From positions 128,001 through 192,000 of the forward strand of contig CAVYGB010000010.1 in assembly GCA_963767925.1 (NCBI GenBank): a DNA stretch of 64,000 bases, given 5' to 3'. This DNA comes from an uncultured delta proteobacterium (GTDB taxonomy: Bacteria; Myxococcota_A; Polyangia; Fen-1088). The notes below the pieces were generated by a model, which was not told where the DNA came from, searched no databases, and saw nothing but the letters and a program-made list of their open reading frames with translations. Below, in pieces: positions 55,758 to 64,000 of the stretch. A program made the position numbers and the translations under genes. Each line of letters starts with the position of its first letter. Position 1 is the stretch's first letter.

Positions 55758-56369
55758 TCATCGACAGATCTCGCGCCCGCAGTAGTCGAAGTACTCGTTG
55801 GCGTTACCCTTCTCGAGGTACTCGTGGTTGCCAGGCACCGGGTGGGTGATGGCCCGGAAGGCCGGGATGCCCCAGGTCGGCTCGTAGAGCGTGCGGTAGC
55901 TGGCCAGGTTGGAGAAGCGGTAGGCGCCGTCGCCGAGCATGAGGATGGCGTCGAGGCCCCGTTCGGCCCGCACCTTCTCGAGGAGGGCAGCGGTTCGCTC
56001 CTGATCGCCGCCGGGCGCGGCGATGTCGCCCGCCACCATGACCACCTGCGGCCGCGGCGCCGGCTCGCCGGCCGCCTCGCCGGGCCCGTCGGCGGGGGTC
56101 GGGGCGGGGGCGACGGCGGAGTCCGGCGCCGGCTGGGAGGGCGCGCCCGCTTCGAGTGAGCCGCTCGGTACCGGCTGGGGCGCGGGAGGTGACGGCTGTG
56201 GCTCTGGCTCGGACCCCGGGGCCGGCGGTGGCCCGGCGGGCGGCGACGCCGGCGGGCTGCTCTGCGCGGAGGGGGCGGAGGGGGCCGGGGATCTCTCAAT
56301 CCACCGGCATTGCGCCACGCCGAGCACGAGGAGCGCGGCGAGCATCGAGCGTCGAGCGGTCATGAGCAT
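55758..56369 (-). pseudogene. Truncated exported metallophosphoesterase
   Basis: Signal peptide, Pro-rich linker, AGDIA, LGDGAY, PGNHEY, then a stop about 20 codons later; the C-terminal His motifs are missing. Confidence 0.7.
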
Positions 56370-56489
56370 GAAGATGATCCCAGCGTTCGTCGGAGGTCGC
56401 GGTGCGTCCTGCGTCCAGGGGCATCTTAACCCGTCACCGCGTGCAGGCGCCTTTGTGTGCCCGGCACAAGGTGGTAGGGTGAAAAGCTC

Positions 56490-57371
56490 ATGTTTACCGG
56501 AGTCATCACGGCGCTCGTCACGCCGTTTCGCAACGGCGCGCTCGACGAGGAAGCGCTGCGGAGACTGGTCGACGATCAGATCGCGTCGGGCGTTGACGGG
56601 CTGGTCCCGGTCGGCACCACCGGCGAATCCCCCACCGTCGACCACGAAGAGCACCTGCGGATCATCCAGGTGGTGATCGAGCAGGTGCGCAAGCGGGTCC
56701 CGGTCATCGCCGGCACCGGTGGCAACTCGACCCGCGAAGCGATCGAGCTGTCGCGCGAGGCGCGCAAGCTCGGCGCCGACGGCATGTTGCAGGTCACGCC
56801 CTACTACAACCGCCCGACCCAGGACGGCCTCTACCGCCACTTCAAGGCCATCGTCGAGGCGGCCCCCCTGCCGACCGTCCTCTACAACGTCCCCACCCGG
56901 ACCGCCTGCGACCTGCTGCCCGAGACGGTGGCCCGCCTGTGCGAGCTCCCGCAGATCGTGGCGATCAAGGAGGCGACGGGCAACCTGCAGCGCGCTTCCC
57001 AGATCTTGACCAAGGTGGGCGACCGGCTGGTCGTGCTCTCGGGCGACGATGCCACCGCCTTCCCCCTGTTCGCGGTGGGTGCCCGGGGCGTGATCTCGGT
57101 GGTGTCCAACGTGGCGCCGGCCGAGTTCAGCGCCATGTGGGACAGCTTCGCCGCCGGCGATTGGCTCAAGGCCCGCGCCCTGCACAACCGGCTGTTCCCG
57201 CTGCTCGAGGGGCTGTTCGTGGAGGCCAACCCCATCCCGGTGAAGGCGGCCCTGGCGATGATGGGCAAGATCGGCGACGAGATCCGGCCGCCCCTCTACG
57301 CCCTGCAGGGAGCCAGCCGGGAGAAGCTGCGCAAGATCCTCGTCGACCTCCAGCTCCTGCCCGCGTCGTGA
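56490..57371 (+). CDS. dapA: 4-hydroxy-tetrahydrodipicolinate synthase
   Basis: GTTGESPT, TPYYNRP, LYNVPTRT, IKEATG, NPIPVK; coupled to dapB. Confidence 0.97.
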   Translation: MFTGVITALVTPFRNGALDEEALRRLVDDQIASGVDGLVPVGTTGESPTVDHEEHLRIIQVVIEQVRKRVPVIAGTGGNSTREAIELSREARKLGADGMLQVTPYYNRPTQDGLYRHFKAIVEAAPLPTVLYNVPTRTACDLLPETVARLCELPQIVAIKEATGNLQRASQILTKVGDRLVVLSGDDATAFPLFAVGARGVISVVSNVAPAEFSAMWDSFAAGDWLKARALHNRLFPLLEGLFVEANPIPVKAALAMMGKIGDEIRPPLYALQGASREKLRKILVDLQLLPAS

Positions 57372-58186
57372 GCGCCCCGGTTCGCATCGCCGTCCTGGGG
57401 GCGGCGGGCAAGATGGGACGGGCCATCGTCCGGGCCCTCGCCGACGAGCAGGGGGCCACCCTCGCCGTGGCGGTGGATCGAGCGGGGGCCGCCGACCTCG
57501 GACAAGACGCGGGCACCCTGGCCGGGATCGCCCCGACCGGGGTCGCCCTGCGCGCGCCGCTGCCCGCCGCCCGGGAGGCCGACGTCTGGATCGACTTCTC
57601 GGCCGCGGCGTCCGCCCCGGTCAACGCCCAGGCCGCCGCCGAGGCGGGAGCCGGGTTCGTGCTGGGGACCACCGGCGTGCCCGCCGTCGATCGACAGAAG
57701 GTCGAGCAGGTGGCCAGTCGGGTGCCGGTGGTGCTGTCGCCCAACATGTCGGTCGGCATCAACGTTCTGCTTCGCCTGGTGTCCGATGCCGCCCGCGCCC
57801 TGGGCCCGGGGTACGACATCGAGATCGTGGAGACCCACCACCGCCTCAAGCGCGACGCCCCCTCCGGCACCGCCCTGCGCCTGGCCGAAGCGGCGGCCGA
57901 GGCCACCGGCCGCGACCTCTCGCGGACGGCGCGCTACGCCCGCCAGGGGGACGTCGGCCCCCGCACGGCCGAGGAGATCGGGCTACAGACCCTGCGCGGC
58001 GGCGACGTGGTCGGCGATCACACCGTGTTTTTCCTCGGGCTCGGCGATCGCATCGAGATCACCCACCGGGCCTCGTCGCGGGAGACGTTCGCCCGGGGCG
58101 CGGTGCGGGCCGCGCTGTGGCTGGCCGGTCGCTCGCCCGGCCTCTACGACATGCGCGACGTGCTCGGGCTGCCCAAGGGGCCGTAG
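57368..58186 (+). CDS. dapB: 4-hydroxy-tetrahydrodipicolinate reductase
   Basis: GAAGKMG, GTTG, ETHHRLKRDAPSGTA, RGGDVVGDH. Confidence 0.97.
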   Translation: MSAPVRIAVLGAAGKMGRAIVRALADEQGATLAVAVDRAGAADLGQDAGTLAGIAPTGVALRAPLPAAREADVWIDFSAAASAPVNAQAAAEAGAGFVLGTTGVPAVDRQKVEQVASRVPVVLSPNMSVGINVLLRLVSDAARALGPGYDIEIVETHHRLKRDAPSGTALRLAEAAAEATGRDLSRTARYARQGDVGPRTAEEIGLQTLRGGDVVGDHTVFFLGLGDRIEITHRASSRETFARGAVRAALWLAGRSPGLYDMRDVLGLPKGP

Positions 58187-58342
58187 CCCGCGCTGCCGAT
58201 CCCTGCTGGCAACAAACCAGCGCTCGCAAGCGGGCCTGCAAGCTGGTCTGATCGACCCTTTCCGGCCATCCGGTGTGTGGGCGCAGGAGGGCGGACGCGG
58301 ACCGCGCGGTCGCCTTTGAGGGTTGGACCTGCGATGTCCAAC

Positions 58343-58371
58343 TTGGCGCGAGCGCTTGCGTCCTCTAGTAT
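58343..58371 (+). promoter_or_regulatory. Sigma70-type promoter candidate
   Basis: TTGGCG-N17-TAGTAT, ending 42 nt before ATG 58414. Confidence 0.55.
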
Positions 58372-58413
58372 GGATTCGAATGTGTCGTGCACGGATGAAA
58401 AGGCCAGCGTGTC

Positions 58414-59436
58414 ATGGGTAAGCCACGCGTGCTGGTGCTCTTCGACACCGACAATGATCCGCCCGTCAACCAGGACTACGCACGCCACCTGGCCGGCGGC
58501 GTGGACGAAGTCGAGTTCGAGGTGGCTCGTGTGCTCACCTCCCGTGGCTATCAGGTTCGCCTGCTCGGCTTCCGCGGCGACGTCGCCCAGCTCTTGACCG
58601 GCCTGCGGGCCGAGCCGTTCGACGTCGTGTTCAATCTGACCGAACGGTTCCGGGACCTCTCCTCGCTGGACTACACCGTGGCCGGGATGCTCGAGATGCT
58701 GGGCGTCCCCTACACCGGCGCCGGTCCCACCGGCCTCATCCTCGCCCGCCACAAGGCGCTCACGAAGATGGTGCTCGCCCACCACGAGGTCACCACCCCC
58801 CGCTTCATCGAGATCGACGTGGGCACTCCCTGCCGGCGGCCCAGCGACCTGCGCTTCCCCCTCATCGTCAAACCGGTAGACGAGGACGCCTCGGTGGGGA
58901 TCGCCCGGGCCTCGGTGGTCCGCGACGACCAGGCGCTGTCCGAACGGGTCACCTTCGTCCACGACCGGCTCAAGACCGCCGCCATCGTGGAGGAGTTCAT
59001 CGCCGGCCGGGAGATCTACGTGGGCGTGGTGGGCAACGATCCTCCCCAGGCCCTGCCCCCCATCGAGATGGTGTTCGAGCCCCAGGTCCCCGACGAGCAG
59101 CGCATCGCGACCTTCAAGGTCAAGTGGAGCACCAAATATCGGGACAGCCGGGGCATCAAGAACCGGATCGCCAGCGACCTGCCGCCGGAGGTCCTCACCC
59201 GCCTGAACGCCACCGCCGTCGCCAGCTACAAGGCGGCCGGGCTGCGGGACTACGGACGCGTCGACGTCCGGCTGGCCCACGACCACGAGATCTACGTGGT
59301 CGAGGCCAACCCCAATCCTTACCTCTCCGATGGCGAGGACATGGCCTGGGCGGCGGAGGAGGGCGGGCATCCTTACGCCGACTTGCTGGAAGCCATCGTC
59401 GAGATGGCCCTGAAGCGCAGCCGCGCCGGGGCTTGA
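58414..59436 (+). CDS. D-Ala-D-Ala ligase-like ATP-grasp protein
   Basis: VFNLTE, GVPYTG, FPLIVKP, EEFIAGREI, YGRVDVR, EANPNP. Lacks the N-terminal GGxSxE of canonical Ddl. Confidence 0.88.
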   Translation: MGKPRVLVLFDTDNDPPVNQDYARHLAGGVDEVEFEVARVLTSRGYQVRLLGFRGDVAQLLTGLRAEPFDVVFNLTERFRDLSSLDYTVAGMLEMLGVPYTGAGPTGLILARHKALTKMVLAHHEVTTPRFIEIDVGTPCRRPSDLRFPLIVKPVDEDASVGIARASVVRDDQALSERVTFVHDRLKTAAIVEEFIAGREIYVGVVGNDPPQALPPIEMVFEPQVPDEQRIATFKVKWSTKYRDSRGIKNRIASDLPPEVLTRLNATAVASYKAAGLRDYGRVDVRLAHDHEIYVVEANPNPYLSDGEDMAWAAEEGGHPYADLLEAIVEMALKRSRAGA

Positions 59437-59439
59437 GCG

Positions 59440-60405
59440 ATGGCCCGCGCGCGCTCCGCGGAGGGGGGGAGCCGGGCGGAGGGCGGCGTCGACTTCGGCG
59501 CCCTCGCCACCGAGGCGGCCAACCCGCGCTCGGAGCTGCTCGACACCCTCCCGGCCGAGGAGGTGGTCAAGGTGATGGTGGAGGAGGAGCAGAACACGGT
59601 GCGGGCGGTGCGGGCCCGGAGCCCGGAGATCGCCGCCGCCGCCCGCCTGTGCGCCGACCGGCTGGCCGAGGGGGGCCGCCTCATCTATGTGGGCGCGGGG
59701 ACCTCGGGCCGCCTGGGCACCCTCGACGCCGCCGAGTGTGTCCCCACCTTCGGCATCCCCCCCTCCCTTGTCGTCTCGATCATCGCCGGGGGTCCCCACG
59801 CCTTGACCCACGCGGTGGAGGGGGCCGAGGACAACACGCGGGAGGCCGAGCAGCGCATGCGCCGGGCGGCGGTCGGTCCCAAGGACGTCGTGATCTGCAT
59901 CGCCGCCTCGGGCGTGACCCCCTTCGTGCGTGCCGCCCTGGAATACGCCCACTTCCGGCGGTCCTCCACCGTGTTCATCACCTGCAGCAAGGTGCCGCCC
60001 ACCCGCGACGGCGGCGCTCCCGCCGACGTTGTCATCGAGCTGCCCACCGGTCCGGAGGTGATCGCCGGGTCGACTCGCCTCAAGGCCGGGACCGCCACGA
60101 AGATCACCCTCAACACCATCTCCACCACCGCCTTCGTGCTGCTGGGCAAGACCTACGGCGGGCTCATGGTCGACGTGCGCCCCACCAACGCCAAGCTCTG
60201 GTCCCGGGCGGTGCGCATCGTCCGGCTCCTGTCCGGCCTCGACGACGAGGAGGCCCTGGCCCTGCTCAAGAAGGCGGGCGGCCGGGCCAAGGTGGCCCTC
60301 ATCATGCACCACGCCCGGGTCCCCGCCGCCCGGGCCAAGGAGCTGCTGGTGCAGCACCGGGGCTCGCTGCGCGCGATCGTGGGGGACCTCGACCTCCGGG
60401 AGTGA
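59440..60405 (+). CDS. murQ: N-acetylmuramic acid 6-phosphate etherase
   Basis: GAGTSGRLG, AECVPTFG, EGAED, GPEVIAGSTRLKAGTA, MVDVRPTNAKL. Confidence 0.96.
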   Translation: MARARSAEGGSRAEGGVDFGALATEAANPRSELLDTLPAEEVVKVMVEEEQNTVRAVRARSPEIAAAARLCADRLAEGGRLIYVGAGTSGRLGTLDAAECVPTFGIPPSLVVSIIAGGPHALTHAVEGAEDNTREAEQRMRRAAVGPKDVVICIAASGVTPFVRAALEYAHFRRSSTVFITCSKVPPTRDGGAPADVVIELPTGPEVIAGSTRLKAGTATKITLNTISTTAFVLLGKTYGGLMVDVRPTNAKLWSRAVRIVRLLSGLDDEEALALLKKAGGRAKVALIMHHARVPAARAKELLVQHRGSLRAIVGDLDLRE

Positions 60406-60418
60406 AAAGGGAGACGCC

Positions 60419-61627
60419 ATGGTGACTCAGCCACCTGCCCCGACCGACCCCCTGCGCGCGCTGCTCGCCCTGCGGGATCTGCCCGTCCGCCGGGTGGTGG
60501 GGCTGATGTCGGGGACCAGCGCCGACGGCACCGACGCCGCGCTGATCGAGGTGGCTGGCTCGGGGGAAGAGACCCGCGTGCGGCTGCTCTCTTACGTCAG
60601 CATGCCGTTTACCCGGGGCCTGCGCGAACGGATCTTCGGGCTGGCCGAGGCCGACGCCAGCGAGCTGTCCGAGCTCGACGTCCTGATCGGCGAGAGCTTC
60701 GCCCAGGCCAGCGCCGCCGTCTGCGAGAAGATCGGCCTGCCCATGCAGGAGGTGCACTTCATCGCCTCGCACGGGCAGACCGCCAGCCACCGCCCCCGCT
60801 CGGCCGGGAAGCTCGGCGCCACCCTCCAGATCGGGGAGTCGGCCGTCATCGCCGAGCGGACCGGGCGGCCCGTGATCTCGGACTTCCGCGTGCGAGACGT
60901 GGCCGCCGGTGGCGAGGGCGCGCCCCTGGTCCCCCTGGTCGACCACCTGCTGCTGCGGGCCCCCCCGCGCTGGCGGGCCATCCAGAACATCGGTGGCATC
61001 GCCAACGTCACCCTGGTCGGCGCCACCCTGGCCGACCTGTGCGCCTTCGACAACGCCCCCGGGAACATGGCGCTCGACGCGGTGGCGCGCGCCGCCTCCC
61101 GCGGCGTGGAGACCTACGACGTCGACGGCCGGCGGGCCGCCCGCGGGCGGGTCGACGCCGAGCTGCTGGCCGAGCTGCACCAGCACCCCTACCTGGGCCT
61201 CCCTCCGCCCAAGAGCACCGGGCGCGAGCTGTTCGGGCGCGGCTTCATCTACCCCCTGCTCGACCGCTGGAAGACCCGCGGCCCGGCGGTGCCCGGCGGC
61301 TCGGCCTTCGACGACCTGCTGGCCACCTTGACCCGCTTCACCGCCGAGGCCATCGTGCGCAGCTACCGCGAGCACCTGCCGGTCTTCCCCGACGAGGTCT
61401 ATCTGTGCGGGGGCGGGGCGCACAACCCGACGCTGGTGGGCCACCTGCGCGAGCTCTGCGCGCCAGCGCCGGTGGCCGACACCGGCACCATCGGCCTCGA
61501 CCCCGACGCCAAGGAGGCGATCGCCTTCGCCGTGCTGGCCAACGAGACCCTGTTCGGCCGCCCCGGCAACGTCCCCCGCGCCACCGGGGCGGTGGGGCCC
61601 CGAGTCCTCGGGAAGATCACCCTGTGA
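60419..61627 (+). CDS. anmK: Anhydro-N-acetylmuramic acid kinase
   Basis: GLMSGTSADG, HGQT, DVAAGGEGAPLVP, NIGGIANVT, PPKSTGRELF, CGGGAHN. Confidence 0.96.
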   Translation: MVTQPPAPTDPLRALLALRDLPVRRVVGLMSGTSADGTDAALIEVAGSGEETRVRLLSYVSMPFTRGLRERIFGLAEADASELSELDVLIGESFAQASAAVCEKIGLPMQEVHFIASHGQTASHRPRSAGKLGATLQIGESAVIAERTGRPVISDFRVRDVAAGGEGAPLVPLVDHLLLRAPPRWRAIQNIGGIANVTLVGATLADLCAFDNAPGNMALDAVARAASRGVETYDVDGRRAARGRVDAELLAELHQHPYLGLPPPKSTGRELFGRGFIYPLLDRWKTRGPAVPGGSAFDDLLATLTRFTAEAIVRSYREHLPVFPDEVYLCGGGAHNPTLVGHLRELCAPAPVADTGTIGLDPDAKEAIAFAVLANETLFGRPGNVPRATGAVGPRVLGKITL

Positions 61628-61790
61628 GCGCCTGAAACAAACCCGAAACCGAGGACGTCGGAGTTTAACCACCGCCGGTGGTGAATAGCTGACAACCGGA
61701 GCCCATCTTGCCCGGCAAAGGCCCGGGCGCACGCGCACTTAGCCGGCTCAGCACCCCTGGCGTGTGGGTTGCTGCCCAGATGCTTCCTCG

Positions 61791-62519
61791 ATGGAAGCTT
61801 CGTTTGGCCGACCGGTCACCGCGACGTCACCTGCCCGCACCCTGCCGGCCAGCGCCCCGGCGGAGCTCCTCCGGCACCGCCTGCCGCTGCCCCGGATCCT
61901 CCTGTGCGATCTCGACGGGACCTTGATCGACACCATGCCGATCCTGGCCGATCTGGCCGCCGAGGTGCTCGAGCAGATCTACGGGATGTCCCGCCTCGTC
62001 GCGCGTGACCTCTACCTGTCGACCTCGGGGATACCTTTCATCCGCCAGCTCGACATCATCTGCCCGGGCGACGCGCGCAACCTGGAGGCCTCCGCCCGCT
62101 TCGAGGCGGCCAAGCCGGCCCGCTGCGGCTCGGCCCGCCTGCCGGCCGACACCCGGCGGGCCCTCGTCGACCTGCGCGCGCGCGGCACCCGCGTCGTTGT
62201 CTCGTCGAACAACGGCGTGGACAACGTGGCCGCCTTCGCCCGCTGCAACGACTTCCCCTTCGACCTCGTCCTCGGCTACGACGGCAACGGCCTGGCCAAG
62301 GGGCGGCCCCACATCGCCTGCGCGGCCGCCATCTTCGGCGCCACCGCCGACGACATGGCGCTGGTGGGTGACTCCCTGCACGACGGCGAGATCGCCGAGC
62401 GCGAGGGGGTGCGCTTCGTTGGCGTGACCGGGACCTTCTCCCGCGAGCGCTTTGCCCTGCGGTTTCCGGGGCGACCCGTGATCGACCGCCTGGCCGAGCT
62501 GGCGCACGTCTTCGGCTGA
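61791..62519 (+). CDS. HAD-superfamily hydrolase
   Basis: DLDGTLIDT, VSSNN, KGRPH, VGDSLHD. Confidence 0.88.
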   Translation: MEASFGRPVTATSPARTLPASAPAELLRHRLPLPRILLCDLDGTLIDTMPILADLAAEVLEQIYGMSRLVARDLYLSTSGIPFIRQLDIICPGDARNLEASARFEAAKPARCGSARLPADTRRALVDLRARGTRVVVSSNNGVDNVAAFARCNDFPFDLVLGYDGNGLAKGRPHIACAAAIFGATADDMALVGDSLHDGEIAEREGVRFVGVTGTFSRERFALRFPGRPVIDRLAELAHVFG

Positions 62520-62529
62520 GCCCGGGCCC

Positions 62530-63252
62530 GTGAAGGTCGTCCTGCTCGCCGCCGGCCTGGGCAGCCGCCTGGGCGCGCTCACCGCCCAGCTCCCCAAGGC
62601 CCTCATCCCGGTGGGAGGCCAGACCCTGGTGGCGCACGCCCTCGGGTTCGCCGCCCGCCTCGCCCCCCGCGAGATCATCGTTGTGGGTGGGTTCGGGTTT
62701 CCGCTCGTGGCGGCCGAGCTCGAGCGGATCGCTCCCGCCGGGGCGGTCCGCCTGCTGGAGAACCGGGACTTCCGCCAGGGCAACCTGCTGTCGCTGCAGA
62801 CCGCCCGGCCCCACCTCGACGAGGGCTTCGTCCTCCTCAACGTCGACCACATCTACCGGCCGAGCATCGCCGCCCTCGTCGCGCCGCCGGCCGACTTCGT
62901 GACCGCGTTCATCGACACCGATCGCCCGCTGGGCGACGACGACATGAAGGTGAAGCGCGATCCCGGGGGCCAGGTGGCCCGCATCGCCAAGACGCTGACC
63001 GACTTCGACGCCGGCTACGTGGGGATGACCCAGGTCCCGGCCCCCCCCCTCGACCGCTACTTCGCCGAGGCCGACGCCGCCCTGGCCGCGGAGGGCACCG
63101 CCATCCACGTCGAACGCCTGCTGGCCCGCCTCGCCGAGGCCGGCGCCCCACCCCTCTGCCGCGACATCAGCGGCCACGGCTGGCTCGAGGTCGACACCCC
63201 CTCCGAGCGCGAACAGGCCGAAACCGCCCTCCTGCGTGGCGGCTGGTCCTGA
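62530..63252 (+). CDS. NTP transferase, LicC/IPCT-like cytidylyltransferase
   Basis: LLAAGLGSRL, LPKAL, GNLLSL, DDMKV, WLEVDTPSE. Confidence 0.88.
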   Translation: MKVVLLAAGLGSRLGALTAQLPKALIPVGGQTLVAHALGFAARLAPREIIVVGGFGFPLVAAELERIAPAGAVRLLENRDFRQGNLLSLQTARPHLDEGFVLLNVDHIYRPSIAALVAPPADFVTAFIDTDRPLGDDDMKVKRDPGGQVARIAKTLTDFDAGYVGMTQVPAPPLDRYFAEADAALAAEGTAIHVERLLARLAEAGAPPLCRDISGHGWLEVDTPSEREQAETALLRGGWS

Positions 63253-63556
63253 GCCGATCCCGGCCTCCACCCCCTGGCGGGCGGCCGGGCCGCTAATATG
63301 TCGACGCCAGCCGGCGTCGGACCGCGCGCGCAGATCTTTCCGACGAGGCCTACCTCACCCGAGTCGACCGCACAGGCGCCTCCCTGCTCGCGCGCGCGGG
63401 CGGGTTCGGCGTACGCCGCTGCGGCGCCCGGCATTTTCGCCCGCGCCGGGCGCGAACGTTTCTTGGCGGGATCGACGGCGAGACCTCGGGACACGCGCCC
63501 GATCTGGCCGGCCTGGCAGCGCGGAGCCCCGCTGAAAGTGTTAGGATTCGCCGCGA

Positions 63557-64000
63557 ATGAAGCTCGCCGTGCCCAAGGAAATTCGCCCGGGAGAGCGCCG
63601 GGCGGCCGCCACCCCCGAGACCACCGCCCGCCTCATCAAGCTCGGCTTCGAGGTCCTGATCGAGAAGGACGCCGGCGCAGGCGCCTCCTTCAGCGACGAG
63701 GACTACCAGGCCGCCGGCGCGCGGGTGGTCAACGACACGAGGCAGATCTGGCAGGAGGCGGACATCGTCCTCAAGGTGCAGCCGCCCGACCAGCACCAGC
63801 GCCTCGGCGTGCACGAGGTGGACCTGCTGCGCGAGGGAGCGACGATCATCAGCTTCCTCTTCCCCGGCAAGAACCAGGATCTCGTCGAGCGGCTGGCCCG
63901 GCGCAAGGTGACGGCCCTGGCCATGGACCAGGTCCCGCGCATCACCCGCGCGCAGAAGGTCGACGCGCTGTCATCGATGGCCAACATCGCCGGCTACCGG
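63557..64000 (+). CDS. pntA: NAD(P) transhydrogenase subunit alpha (3' end lies outside the window)
   Basis: Not in the ORF track. MKLAVPKEIRPGERRAAATPET...ADIVLKVQPP...AMDQVPRITRAQKVDALSSMANIAGYR. Confidence 0.95.
   Translation, partial: MKLAVPKEIRPGERRAAATPETTARLIKLGFEVLIEKDAGAGASFSDEDYQAAGARVVNDTRQIWQEADIVLKVQPPDQHQRLGVHEVDLLREGATIISFLFPGKNQDLVERLARRKVTALAMDQVPRITRAQKVDALSSMANIAGYR

Noticed and set aside
61630..61700. c-di-GMP-I riboswitch call
   Set aside because: The stem closing the GAAA loop cannot pair and the GCAAA junction is missing; kept only as an unassigned structure.

Overview
High-GC bacterial chromosomal segment, inferred to be from a myxobacterium or related Myxococcota lineage (Hanks kinases, PEGA, FecR-TPR and Cys-rich lipoprotein genes). 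It holds about 50 CDS and two tRNA-Ser genes; I saw no transposase, integrase or CRISPR array. Main blocks: a partial large Ser/Thr kinase; tRNA-Ser(GCT) and tRNA-Ser(TGA); a Sul-type dihydropteroate synthase; a sulfatase-GDPD-cobT operon; cysC divergent from a tightly coupled six-gene operon (non-canonical sulfatase, two alkaline-phosphatase-superfamily paralogues, a small protein ending RLRGLGYID, a DUF106/EMC3-like membrane protein, a sulfotransferase); an ABC exporter with three adaptors plus TolC; a TonB receptor/kinase/FecR/ECF signalling region that includes an anti-sigma-like protein fused to a beta-helix carbohydrate-enzyme domain; sugar catabolism genes; a regulator-modB-modC unit; dapA-dapB; ddl-like-murQ-anmK; HAD plus cytidylyltransferase; partial pntA. 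The best candidate for an undescribed system is the 14.4-23.3 kb locus, which I hypothesise is a trans-envelope sulfate relay using tyrosine-bearing peptide tails. Two apparent +1 frameshifts share the same 9-mer context and one phosphoesterase gene is truncated. All family calls come from motif recognition by eye; no searches were run.
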